From NCBI GenBank assembly GCA_033764315.1, contig JANRJA010000212.1:1-64000 (forward strand): 64,000 nucleotides of DNA, given 5' to 3'. A program made the position numbers and the translations under genes. Below the pieces are notes generated by a model that saw only the letters and a program-made list of their open reading frames with translations, was not told the origin of the DNA and did no database searches. The DNA is from Oculatellaceae cyanobacterium bins.114 (GTDB taxonomy: Bacteria; Cyanobacteriota; Cyanobacteriia; Elainellales; Elainellaceae). This document shows positions 10,758 through 20,779 of this stretch, piece by piece. Every line of letters starts with the position of its first letter. Position 1 is the first letter of the stretch.

Positions 10758-11600
10758 ATGACCACTTGGCAGGCTGATTTTTATCGGCGACCGTTACAGG
10801 ATGAGGCGGGCAACCCCTTGTGGGAACTAGTGATATGCGATCGCGATCGCACCGTCACTGAGTTTGCCTGGTGTCCTCAAGCCCAGGCCAATGCAACCTG
10901 GTTAAGCCAGCAATTGCACCAGTGGATGAGTCAAACTAAACCTGCCCCCACCCAATTGCAGGTCTTTCGCCCGCAATCACTAAGCTTGCTCGAAACCGCC
11001 TGTCAACCTTTAGGAATTGCCGTAGAGCCAACTCGCCACACACCAGCCCTAAAACAGCTACTGCAAGAACGAGCAGGGTATTACCGAACCTTGACGGGTT
11101 ATACCGGGCAGCCCTATGAGCCTGTCAAACTAGAACAACCCCCTCCACTGCCCCTACCAGAGCAACTTTGGGGTGAGCAATGGCGATTTGCGGCGATCGC
11201 TGCCGGAGATTTAGAACCCGTGTTTGTAGACCGCCCCATTCCGATTCGGTCTATGCCCCCAGAACGGCTACCTATGTCTCTGCAACTGGCCTCAACCCTC
11301 CCGATTCCTGGCGTGGTGATCGACGGGGGACGACAATCGATGTCATTGGCTCGATGGCTACAACAAGTTAATCCAGCGGCACTGCAATATATTCCTGGTG
11401 AACCCGATGGACTCATTCTAGAAGCAGGGCTAATCGATCGCTGGGTAATTGCCACCTTTACCGACCAAGAGGCGATCGCCGCTGCTCAAACCTTTCGGCA
11501 ACGACAACACACTGCTAAAGGACTGCACTTTTTGCTCGTGCAACCCGACAATTCAGGAATGACCTACAGTGGCTTTTGGTTACTCCAATCCCACCTTTAA
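10758..11600 (+). CDS. Tab2/Atab2-family RNA-binding protein (DUF1092)
   Basis: WQADFYRRP..WEL, FRPQ, GLILEAGL.DRW and GLHFLLVQP..GFWLL motifs. Confidence 0.85.
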   Translation: MTTWQADFYRRPLQDEAGNPLWELVICDRDRTVTEFAWCPQAQANATWLSQQLHQWMSQTKPAPTQLQVFRPQSLSLLETACQPLGIAVEPTRHTPALKQLLQERAGYYRTLTGYTGQPYEPVKLEQPPPLPLPEQLWGEQWRFAAIAAGDLEPVFVDRPIPIRSMPPERLPMSLQLASTLPIPGVVIDGGRQSMSLARWLQQVNPAALQYIPGEPDGLILEAGLIDRWVIATFTDQEAIAAAQTFRQRQHTAKGLHFLLVQPDNSGMTYSGFWLLQSHL

Positions 11601-11608
11601 ACCAACAA

Positions 11609-12310
11609 CTAAACCAACAACCGTTCCAGCGCGTGCATATCAGGGATACACAGAATCTCGCGCTCACGCACAATCAACCCTTTGCGCTCTAGCTTACTGA
11701 GCACTCGCGTCACCGTCTCCCGCGCCAACCCACTTAAGCTACTTAACTCACGATGGGGCAAATTAGGGATTTCAATTCCCTCAGGACTCTTTTTGCCTTG
11801 ACCTTCTGCCAAAAATAGCAAAATATCTGCTACACGAGACGTGCTATCCGATTCACGCAATCGCAAGCGACGGTTTACCTGGCGCAACCGTCTTGCCATA
11901 AACTGTGCTAACCGAATTCCGGCTTGAGGTTCCGAATGAATCAGTTGCACAAAATCTTGAGCTGGCATGTTTCCAATAATCGTCGGAGCCAGCGTAATCA
12001 CATCTGTAGAACGGGGCACCTCATCAAGAGGAGCCATCTCACCAAACACTTCACCCTTGCCCAGAATGTTTAGGGTAACTTCTTTGCCGTCTAAATTGTA
12101 AGTACGAATCTTAACCCATCCTTCCAAGATGAAGTAAACAGAACTTCCCCAATCATTTTCGAGCAAAATGACCTGGTTAGGAGGATGGCTACGAGTGACA
12201 ACGTGGGAAGTCGCCTTCTCCACAACTGTCTCTGGCAACCCTTCAAAAAAGGGAGCCGAGCGAATTAGAGTGTTATCTCTATTGTCTCGTGGGTTGTACC
12301 GATCTTGCAT
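11609..12310 (-). CDS. Crp/Fnr-family transcriptional regulator
   Basis: cNMP-binding motifs GEVFGEM..PRS and HTH GLARETVTRVL. Confidence 0.9.
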   Translation of the reverse strand: MQDRYNPRDNRDNTLIRSAPFFEGLPETVVEKATSHVVTRSHPPNQVILLENDWGSSVYFILEGWVKIRTYNLDGKEVTLNILGKGEVFGEMAPLDEVPRSTDVITLAPTIIGNMPAQDFVQLIHSEPQAGIRLAQFMARRLRQVNRRLRLRESDSTSRVADILLFLAEGQGKKSPEGIEIPNLPHRELSSLSGLARETVTRVLSKLERKGLIVREREILCIPDMHALERLLV

Positions 12311-12768
12311 GGAGTCATCGCGTCGAACTCTGAGTCAAAGAGAAAAGCCTGGTCGAGTCAGCAGTAGCTAACATTACCTTAGCTACCCAAATAGCTCACT
12401 CAGAGTGAATAGGCTACGACCTCGTTGGCGGGAAAAGATAGAACTATGACGATGCTAAAAACAGTGACCTCAGGATCTCCATTCTTCTTATCCAAATTAT
12501 CGCACTATCTTTGCTTTAGATGGAAAAGCAAGGAGAATTACGGGAATGGCAGGTTAAGTTCGTAACGTTGCCAAACCAGGTGAAGCTTTCACTTAGAAAA
12601 CCCAGCATAGTCATAGCCCCAAGATTGCCCAAGGCTAGGTCAAATTATTAAACCATATTTAACGATACAGACACCAATTAGACCGTTCCGCAATCAAATC
12701 ATTAATCAGAGCATTATTTTCTCGACTATATTTTTCTGACGATTGCATCGATCCCACTTTTCTACTTT

Positions 12769-13875
12769 TTAGCGATTCATATCAGTTCGCAGGGTTTCGG
12801 GTGGGGTCACTTCCGGGTTGGCGATCGCTCCTTCAGGTTGCGTGGTTGGCAGTGTTGTTCCTGAGGCCGCTCCAGTGATCGGGGTGGGAGATTGCACGGC
12901 CTCTGGAATGGGCTGTGACTGCAAATCGGGTAAGACAGGATTGATCATCGTAGACCCAGATTCATTAGACATCCAGGCCAAGCCACCCAAGGCACCCGCC
13001 ATCAGAGCGGCGTAGCTGAGATAGAGATGCATCGGGCGCAGCGTAGGCGGTTCAGGCGATCGCTGTTGCCAAGACGGAACAATCGTCTTGGGTGTTTCGA
13101 GGGCCAGCAATGAATTAGCCATACTGACCCCATCCAACCCCAATGCATCGGCGATACGACGCACAAATCCACGAACATAAATATCTTCGGGTAAGTGATC
13201 GGCATCTCCAACTTCCAATGCCTTAATCAGGTGAATGGGCACCCAGGTCTGGTTATGCAGCCGATCGAGCGATAGTCCTTTTTCTTGCCGCACCTGCCCT
13301 AATTCCAACCCAATCTGACGCAAAACAGCTGCCCGCTTTTGGCTAGCAGGGCTAGGCAAAACCTCTGCTCGTCCAGTCTTTTTAGTCTGAGAGACAATCA
13401 CACGTGGCTCAATTCGAGCCAGGTGAGGTCTAGCAGGCTGAGTGGCTAGTGCTGCTTTAACAGGTTGATGAGTCAGCGCGTTTGCGGGTGTCACCCCCTG
13501 ATTGCTCTCGCTCAATTGAGATAGCTGAGCAGACTCAGATTTAGCGGTTGATTCAACTGTGTGGCTCACCACTGTTGATGTGGCACCTTCTGAAGGAGTT
13601 GCAGTGTGGGTATAGTGTTTTGCCAGATAGCGTAAAGCTAACCGAATGGCTTCTCTACCCACATTTTTCAATGCTTGAGCACCATGCAATACATCTGTCC
13701 CTTCATGTTGCAAATTGCTTAGAGCAGTTTGATAAGCTTCACTTCGGTGAAGTTCAGCTTCAACTTGACTCAATAGCGATCGCAATCCCTCTTGTGAGAT
13801 TGCCAGCCTCATACTCCCAACACCATCCAATATGGATGAAGATGCTGCAACTACCATGTCACATCCTCCCTTCAT
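12769..13875 (-). CDS. RodZ-like HTH membrane protein
   Basis: IGxxLxxxRQEKGLSL..IKALEVGD..LPEDIYVRGFVRR HTH_25, one transmembrane helix, Pro/Thr-rich tail. Confidence 0.8.
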   Translation of the reverse strand: MKGGCDMVVAASSSILDGVGSMRLAISQEGLRSLLSQVEAELHRSEAYQTALSNLQHEGTDVLHGAQALKNVGREAIRLALRYLAKHYTHTATPSEGATSTVVSHTVESTAKSESAQLSQLSESNQGVTPANALTHQPVKAALATQPARPHLARIEPRVIVSQTKKTGRAEVLPSPASQKRAAVLRQIGLELGQVRQEKGLSLDRLHNQTWVPIHLIKALEVGDADHLPEDIYVRGFVRRIADALGLDGVSMANSLLALETPKTIVPSWQQRSPEPPTLRPMHLYLSYAALMAGALGGLAWMSNESGSTMINPVLPDLQSQPIPEAVQSPTPITGAASGTTLPTTQPEGAIANPEVTPPETLRTDMNR

Positions 13876-14661
13876 GCTCTCGTAGCGGTTTGCTTCGACC
13901 TGGACTGAGTGGAAGCATCACTCCAAACGACCTTCACACCGATATAAACTCGCCGTCAATCAATAGCTAATTTAGTAAAGCCCAGTTTGTCTAAGTAAAT
14001 TCTTCTAGGGCTTCACATTGGCTCCGGAAGCGATTGTAGGAAATCCAGCATTTTTCTCAAGAATCCTGTTTAATCTTCCATCTCAATTAAACGGTCAGAG
14101 AGTAAATTATCTACACATACTGTTCCATCGCTATTAATATGTCCAAAGATAGAGGCGGAAAAACGAAGAATTTGCTTAGAGGTATAGTCCTTCCCCCTGA
14201 CGCCTACACATCTTGGATGCTCGGTGATTAAAATCGCAGACTTAAGCGTAAGCCTCAGCCAAACGCCATAAAAACAAAAACCGCAGATCGACTAAACTCA
14301 CGACGAAGCCCTTGCATCCCGCCCTAACCTAAACTCGTATTGCTCCAACACAAGAGGCACAAAGGCTGGGAAGAACCTTTCCCCATCTTTGTGCCTCAAA
14401 CGTTAAATGTTGTTAATGGGGCGCGATCGTCGCAACAATAACGACTACATCGACTCCCTAAACTTTCACACTGGCTCTCTGCTGATACCTGTGGTGTGAT
14501 ACTCGGCTCATTTCTTCAAAACGGGTTGCTGTTCTCACAGTAGATCGCCATTCTAAATAACGTCACTCTATTAGTCTTGAAATTTAGAAATAAAACACTG
14601 TTTTGCGACTGCGGAAACTACCTATATTCAACCCTTAGCCGTATCTCATCCTTCACTTAGA

Positions 14662-14841
14662 TCAGCTATGATGATGCTCTCCAGGACGGTAGACTCTAGA
14701 CCAGCAACGTTCTAAATGTCTCACTTTATAGACAGACCAAAACTTGTAAGGGTTTAGTACTAAAGGTAAATTCTTGCACCCAACAGGTTGATTGAGAAAC
14801 TGCCAAAGGGGGAAGGAGGAGCTGTTGTAATTTGAGTTCAT
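14662..14841 (-). CDS. Small conserved-type cyanobacterial hypothetical protein
   Basis: 59-aa ORF from ATG 14841 with FPLWQFLNQP..LNP..FW..Y..LERCW pattern recalled from cyanobacterial small proteins. Confidence 0.6.
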   Translation of the reverse strand: MNSNYNSSSFPLWQFLNQPVGCKNLPLVLNPYKFWSVYKVRHLERCWSRVYRPGEHHHS

Positions 14842-15048
14842 GGTGAGTAGGAAGGAGCTAGGAGGACTGGGCAATGACCCTCAGCATCTACCAAAAGGTA
14901 GACTTAAAGGCTCTTTTATAAAAATGCCCAAATCTACGCTCTAATTTCCTAAGTAAAACAACCCCATTGTTGAAGTTTTATATCAACTTTAACGGGTCGG
15001 GTTGAGGTTGCAGCCTGAAATCAACCACCCCTCTTTAAGAGAAGTAGT

Positions 15049-15153
15049 TATAGCAACCACCGTGTGATTAGGATAGGGTACGAGAGCGAACCTCTCGGAT
15101 GGGGCGATGCCCCCAATCCCCTCAAATTTGGAGTCCTAAGCCACGGGCCTATA
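15049..15153. repeat. TATAG-bounded MITE-like element
   Basis: tatagc..ccgtg.g.ttagga / tcctaagccacgg..ctata imperfect terminal inverted repeat with internal hairpins. Confidence 0.5.
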
Positions 15154-15433
15154 GCTCAAATGAGCGGCTTATCAGAAACAGAGTATCGATTTGGGCAGAA
15201 AAGAGTGACTTGCTGCTGATCTCTTTCTTTCAATTGCCACAGCTCTAAACCCGAACATTCCCAAAAAAATCTCACTAAAAACGGGTTTGTTATGAAATCT
15301 TAGGATGATTCAATTTTTTTCCTATAGCGACAGATAGATTAATAAGGACGAGGTGCGGGTGGAAACACAGGCCGACGAACACTGCCGCAAATTTAAGATC
15401 GCTTTATGAACTCGTTTAAGTGGACTCGTCTAA

Positions 15434-15813
15434 TGGAGCTGACGGGAGTCGAACCCGTGTCCGCCCTGGGTATTAGTACTTCATTCGTTCACAGGTTTAG
15501 CTTTTCTAATCCTCAAAGCGGGAACCGCCCCTTATCCCGGACGGTGGGATTCTCTAGTAATTTCTTAGCCAAGGTATGACTAGAGGCATACTATTGGAGC
15601 ATCCGTTGAGTTTTGTCCACAGTCCTTAACGGAGTCAAACCGTAGACGCTCGAACCTATAAGAGGTGTTTAGGCAATAGCTACTGCCTTACGAGCAAAAG
15701 GAACGATGTTGTTTGCATCTATTCTTTTGAGCCCTTGATTTTCGAGAGACGACTCACTCTCGACCTGCATCACAAAGTAGTGTTCGCCAAAACGTCGAAA
15801 CCGTTACAGCCCC
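15434..15813 (-). ncRNA. ssrA: tmRNA; tag peptide ANNIVPFARKAVAIA encoded at 15669-15716
   Basis: 5' GGGGCTGTAACGGTTTCGAC, 3' GGACACGGGTTCGACTCCCGTCAGCTCCA, and a cyanobacterial-type tag reading frame. Confidence 0.97.
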
Positions 15814-15987
15814 TCGTTTGAACTTAACTTGACTTAGTCAGACCATTATAGCGAATTTAAATGAGTATTAAAGTTAAGCGTTTTAAGGCGTTTTAGCAAA
15901 GCTCGGCTTAGAAGTAGCACTTTTAGCCTAGATTTTTGTCATCGCCTATTACTCGCCTATTACTAACAGTTTGACAAGGTTGAACTC

Positions 15988-16056
15988 TATAGCCGTCCTG
16001 AATCATTTGTGAGATTAGGGAGTTGTAAGAGGCGCAACCCATTTGGGATTGCTATA
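15988..16056. repeat. MITE-like element (TATAGC..AAT / ATTTGGGATTGCTATA family), internally deleted
   Basis: Homologous to 42377-42469 and to a half copy at 33787-33813. Confidence 0.7.
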
Positions 16057-16677
16057 TGTAGGTTTTATATAGGTTTTTGCAACTGGTTGAGAGTCAGTCG
16101 TGATGGCAAGCATCGATTGGCAAAATTTTATGCTATTTGTTAGGACAAGATGAAATTTAGCCAAAATTACAGACACAACCCAGTCAGTAGTGTTAGAACT
16201 CAAGCTAATTCATCGACTTCTACGGAAAATACGGAGATATATAGAATAATGTCGTTATTATTTTTTCTCCTACCTCAGTAAGAATATCTAAGGCAATTGA
16301 TATAGATTGGCTCCGGTCAGTTTTACCGCTCAGAACCAACAAGGGTGCCGGCAATGCCTGTACTAAACCCAATCTTTGCAGCAATCCTTTCAGCAGATCA
16401 GCCAACCGCATCAACATAAGTGGTTTTTCACACTGAACCTCATCTTATAGAGCGAGTCCTCCTTTAGGGAAGCTATCAAGCATCACCCGCTTAGAGGTAG
16501 ATCCCTCCATCAGTGAGCTAAATTGTCGTAACCATCCGGATGGCGATCGCCAATTGAAGGTAATGAAACAGGTAGCACACTTGATCACACGGTCAAACCT
16601 CTACCTAGTTTTTCCTAACTTTTAGGGTGAATTTAACTGCGTAATCAACCCGACTAACTCGCTAAACCGAGGTCAAG

Positions 16678-18459
16678 ATGGCTGGTGGAATCTATCCTTC
16701 TTCCGGAAGACGCGCAAACGCATCTTTGATGCAAAACGCGGTGAGTCGAGATCACTTAACTCGACGAGCACTAATTTTTATGTTTGTTGTGACGGCGTTT
16801 ATGAGCGCCCACCTATTTCGTTTGACACAATTGCAGTTAGTCGAAGGAGCCTATAACCGACAACGGGCTGAGCAAAACCGAGTTCGTTTAGTGCCAATTC
16901 CTGCGGATCGGGGCAACATCACCGATCGCCACGGCAGATTATTAGCATCCAATCAGTTATCGCGTGCCGTTTATCTCTGGCCTCGTCAACAAACCCCGAC
17001 CCAGTGGCAAACAACTGCTGCTCAGCTAGAGACTGTTTTACAAATTCCAGCGGCTGAGATTATGGCACGGTTAGAGCAAGCCGGATATGACTCGCCCTTA
17101 CCCGTTCGGATTAGCCAACAACTGAGTCCGACTGCGTTTGTTGCCTTAGCTGAGAAATCTGCTCAACTTCCAGGAGTAGAAATTGTTGCCGGATCAGTGC
17201 GCTATTATCCGCATGGCAGTTTGGCGTCTCATGTGCTGGGCTATATCGGTGAGGCAACTGAGGCAGATATGGCTGCTAATCCAGCTTATCCTAATGGCAT
17301 GATTGTGGGTCAGATGGGTATTGAGCGCATCGCCAATGCTCAGCTAGAAGGAGTTTGGGGAAGTCGGTTAGTAGAGGTTGATGCTCGAGGAAAAGAGTCT
17401 CGCATTTTGGGAGCCAATCCAGCAGTAGGCGGCAATCCCATTCAACTAACCCTGGATCTAGAGCTGCAAAAAGCAGCAGAACGAGCTTTAAATAATCGTC
17501 AGGGGGCTGTTGTCGCGCTGGATGTTAAGACAGGGGCTGTTTTGGTTTTAGCCAGTGGCCCCAATTTTAATCCCAGCATTTTTACTCGGCGGGTCACTCA
17601 AGCAGAATGGCAAGGCTTGCAAGAAGGTAGTCAACCTTTTCTCAATCGAGCCTTGCAGACCTATCCTCCGGGTAGCACTTTTAAGATTGTGACAGCAACA
17701 GCAGGAATGGAATCCGGAAAGATTTCTCCCAATTCCACGCTAAATACCTCTGCTTTCATCAGTTTGGGAGGTATTAAGTTTTGGGAGCATGGCAATCACG
17801 GATATGGAGCGATTGGCTTTCGCAAAGCTTTGGCGGTTAGTAGCAATACCTTCTTTTATCAGGTGGGTTTGCGAGCAGGACCTGAGGCGATCGCCAAATG
17901 GGGGCATGTTTTGGGAATTGGTACCACGTCTAATATGGGGTTAGAAGGCGGCACTCATGGGTTATTGCCCACTCCAGAAGATAAAGAAAAACTGTATGGA
18001 GAACCCTGGTATGGCGGAGACACCGTCAGTATGTCGATTGGTCAGGGGGTAGTACAGGTAACTCCTTTAGAACTGGCAGTAATGGTTTCTACCATTGCCA
18101 ATGGCGGTCGGCGCGTTCACCCACACTTACTGACCAGTGAGACGACGATGCCTGCTATGCAACCAGAGGCAACCGGAATCAAACCTGAAACAATCAATGC
18201 CATTCGCTCAGGGTTGATTGCTGCCGTCCAGGAAGGCACGGCTCGTCGCCTAAATGATGGCTCTATTCCCCTGACCGCCGGTAAAACGGGCACCGCCGAG
18301 GTGGTAGGACGCCAGCCCCATGCTTTGTTTGTGGGATATGGCCCGGTTAGTGATCCTCAAATTGCGATCGCCGTTATTGTAGAGAATGGAGGCTACGGTG
18401 GGGTGGCAGCGTTACCAGTTGCTCATGAAATTTATAAAGCTTTCTTCGATCGCCAATAA
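16678..18459 (+). CDS. mrdA: Penicillin-binding protein 2 (class B)
   Basis: N-terminal TM helix, RGNITDR dimerisation motif, STFK, SSN and KTG motifs. Confidence 0.92.
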   Translation: MAGGIYPSSGRRANASLMQNAVSRDHLTRRALIFMFVVTAFMSAHLFRLTQLQLVEGAYNRQRAEQNRVRLVPIPADRGNITDRHGRLLASNQLSRAVYLWPRQQTPTQWQTTAAQLETVLQIPAAEIMARLEQAGYDSPLPVRISQQLSPTAFVALAEKSAQLPGVEIVAGSVRYYPHGSLASHVLGYIGEATEADMAANPAYPNGMIVGQMGIERIANAQLEGVWGSRLVEVDARGKESRILGANPAVGGNPIQLTLDLELQKAAERALNNRQGAVVALDVKTGAVLVLASGPNFNPSIFTRRVTQAEWQGLQEGSQPFLNRALQTYPPGSTFKIVTATAGMESGKISPNSTLNTSAFISLGGIKFWEHGNHGYGAIGFRKALAVSSNTFFYQVGLRAGPEAIAKWGHVLGIGTTSNMGLEGGTHGLLPTPEDKEKLYGEPWYGGDTVSMSIGQGVVQVTPLELAVMVSTIANGGRRVHPHLLTSETTMPAMQPEATGIKPETINAIRSGLIAAVQEGTARRLNDGSIPLTAGKTGTAEVVGRQPHALFVGYGPVSDPQIAIAVIVENGGYGGVAALPVAHEIYKAFFDRQ

Positions 18460-18465
18460 CAGGTT

Positions 18466-18900
18466 ATGAGAATTGTCCAGGTTTTGAAACTCTGTTTTGT
18501 GTTGCTAGTGGTGATAGGGGCGATCGCTTGTAGTCCTCCTGCGGTTACGAGTCCTTCGGCGGCTCCATCTACTTTCCCCAGTTCCAGTGCTACCTTACCC
18601 CGTGCTACTCCCTCTACTGCACCAGAGACAGGTGTAACCACCCCTTCTGAGACCTGGATTGAGACTGTTCAAACATCATTGGCTCAAACCCTGGCAATAT
18701 CACCTAATCAAATTCAACTTAAAGAAGTTACTCCAAGCGAATGGAATGATGCCTGTCTAGGATTACCCCAACCTGACGAGTTATGCGCTCAGGTGATCAC
18801 TCCAGGCTATCAGGCCACCTTTAGCACTCCTCAAGGAGATTATTTCATTCACAGCGATCGCACAGGTCAATCGGTTCGTATAGCAGAGCCATCACCTTAA
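18466..18900 (+). CDS. Hypothetical lipoprotein
   Basis: Lipobox AIAC, S/T/P-rich linker, WNDACLGLP..ELCAQVITPGY domain. Confidence 0.75.
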   Translation: MRIVQVLKLCFVLLVVIGAIACSPPAVTSPSAAPSTFPSSSATLPRATPSTAPETGVTTPSETWIETVQTSLAQTLAISPNQIQLKEVTPSEWNDACLGLPQPDELCAQVITPGYQATFSTPQGDYFIHSDRTGQSVRIAEPSP

Positions 18901-18912
18901 ATGGCGTTGACT

Positions 18913-19458
18913 CTAGCTCGTCACGGGATGGTCAACACTGAGAGAACTTTGACTCACCTTTGAAGCATCTGATAACGCATTACCAGGTTGAATGATCAAC
19001 ACCGCACAACAAGCGTGATGCAATACATAGTTGCTAACACTACCCAACAGCACCTCAGTTAGCCCTCGACGACCTCGTCGCCCCAAAACGATCAAGTCTG
19101 CTTCCCACTGCTGAGCCGTTTGACAAAGCCCCTGTCCAGCATCGGCAACTCGATAGCTAGACTCCGCAGCAACCCCTTGTTGGGCTGCGGTTTCGCAGTA
19201 ACGGCGCAACAAAGCTTGAATCTCTTGAACCTGATTCTCTAGATAAATCTGTTGCGCCTGATAAGCCTGATTAACAATGCGCGGCAGCAACCCCAGTTCT
19301 CCAGAAAAGGGACTGCTTCCCGTAATCGTCTCTTCTGAAATACAGTGAAACAGCATTAACCTGGCATGATTTGTTTTGGCAAGGTCAAGGGCTTGCGCAA
19401 ACACTTCTTGACTTAAAGGAGAATAATCAATCGCCGCCAGAATCTTGCTAAATCCCAT
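18913..19458 (-). CDS. Universal stress protein
   Basis: KILAAID..ADLIVLGRRG..LGSVSNYVLHHA.CAVL motifs. Confidence 0.92.
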   Translation of the reverse strand: MGFSKILAAIDYSPLSQEVFAQALDLAKTNHARLMLFHCISEETITGSSPFSGELGLLPRIVNQAYQAQQIYLENQVQEIQALLRRYCETAAQQGVAAESSYRVADAGQGLCQTAQQWEADLIVLGRRGRRGLTEVLLGSVSNYVLHHACCAVLIIQPGNALSDASKVSQSSLSVDHPVTS

Positions 19459-20117
19459 GACTTTCCCCTTTGTTTTTGCTCAGCGTTTCACGTCCTTCAT
19501 CCATCAAACTAGCGCAATTCTTTTTTGATGGTTCGTTTTGCAATACAGCTTTAAAGTAAGCACCCAATTTAAACCAGTCGCTCCTGAGTTTTTCACCGTT
19601 GTCAAGTTGCGTACCACCATTCAACGAGTCATCCAGCAGTCGAGCACAAAGCGGTGTTACTCACCAACCCTTGCTGAAACCATGACTGAATTATAAAAAC
19701 CTGCCCTGATTCATATTCTTCAAAAACTTTTCAAAAATCGATTTGTGCACAAGATTCTTGTAAGAGATTCGCTGCCGTGCATTAACACCGACTATTGACG
19801 ATTTGCCACACGGCGTTCAGTGTCAGCAAAATTGTGTCTATTGAATAACAACAAAACGTAAAGACCAGATCACGAACTGCTTGACAGAGGTTAATATTCA
19901 ATTAGATTTATGAGTTACTGGTTTAACCAGGCTGTTGCGTTGGCTATTGATCAGGGGCAGTGACCAGGCAATTTTCCTTTAATTTAAGATTCATTAAGGG
20001 TTTTTGCTAATACCAGTGCTGGATGTGAACCATCTGTTTCATCTCATCTCACCAACTTGATGCTGAACTGGTTGAGAGAGTCTGTCACGTTCCTAAAACG
20101 ATCTGCTTAAACAATCT

Positions 20118-20555
20118 ATGAGTAAATCCCTCACCGACCTTGATCTGCCTCTAGTATCGGATGTAAACGATAGCGTTGCCTGGTACAACCAGGGCGAAGC
20201 GTTGGCTAATGCAGGTAGATACATTGATGCTCTATCTTGCTTTGAGAAGGTGTTGGAAATTCGCCCTGACTACGCAGCAGCTTGGATATTTCGCGGAGTT
20301 GTTCTGATTCATTTAGAGCGGTACAACGAAGCCCTTGATAGTTGTGAACAAGCATTGTCCCTTCAACCCAAAGATTCTGAAGCCTGGACCTTTCGGGGTG
20401 TCGCCTTACACCGCTTGGGTCACTATCGGGCTGCCTATGCTAGCTATGATCGAGCCTTGGGCATTAAGCGACAACCGGTGTGGCAGAGCTTGATGCAACG
20501 GTTGAGAAGGGCTTGGAAGTCACTCAAAAATTCTCAGGCTCATTGGTTGTCCTAA
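20118..20555 (+). CDS. Tetratricopeptide repeat protein
   Basis: Three AW..RG..L..L.RY..A...D.AL TPR units. Confidence 0.88.
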   Translation: MSKSLTDLDLPLVSDVNDSVAWYNQGEALANAGRYIDALSCFEKVLEIRPDYAAAWIFRGVVLIHLERYNEALDSCEQALSLQPKDSEAWTFRGVALHRLGHYRAAYASYDRALGIKRQPVWQSLMQRLRRAWKSLKNSQAHWLS

Positions 20556-20602
20556 GATATTTGTCCTAAGGTGCTTGTCCTAAATTACTCGTCCTAAGAT
20601 AT
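20547..20602. repeat. Four tandem 14-bp repeats
   Basis: ttgtcctaagatat/ttgtcctaaggtgc/ttgtcctaaattac/tcgtcctaagatat. Confidence 0.8.
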
Positions 20603-20779
20603 TTGTGACCTTAAGCCGCTTTTTTTGCTAAGGGAAGATTTTGAAGCAGGCGATCGCTTTACCATTGCTCTACATCTATAAAGATTGCGTAGAGGGTTTG
20701 CTGTTTCAGCTTTGCACTTCAGCCTAAAGTGGCGGAAATGATAGTTAATATGGTTAGAGTTGCTGTTATTGATGCTTAG

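Noticed and set aside
15349..15390. GGAAACA suggesting Yfr2 sRNA
   Set aside because: Only one motif copy, lying within what looks like a decayed TATAGC repeat
13970..15433. Genomic island integrated at the ssrA 3' end
   Set aside because: No integrase and no duplicated ssrA 3' end (att) seen in the window
16015..16417. Small ORFs upstream of mrdA
   Set aside because: No motifs; one overlaps a repeat element
20547..20602. Possible CRISPR mini-array
   Set aside because: 14-bp units with no real spacers and no cas genes
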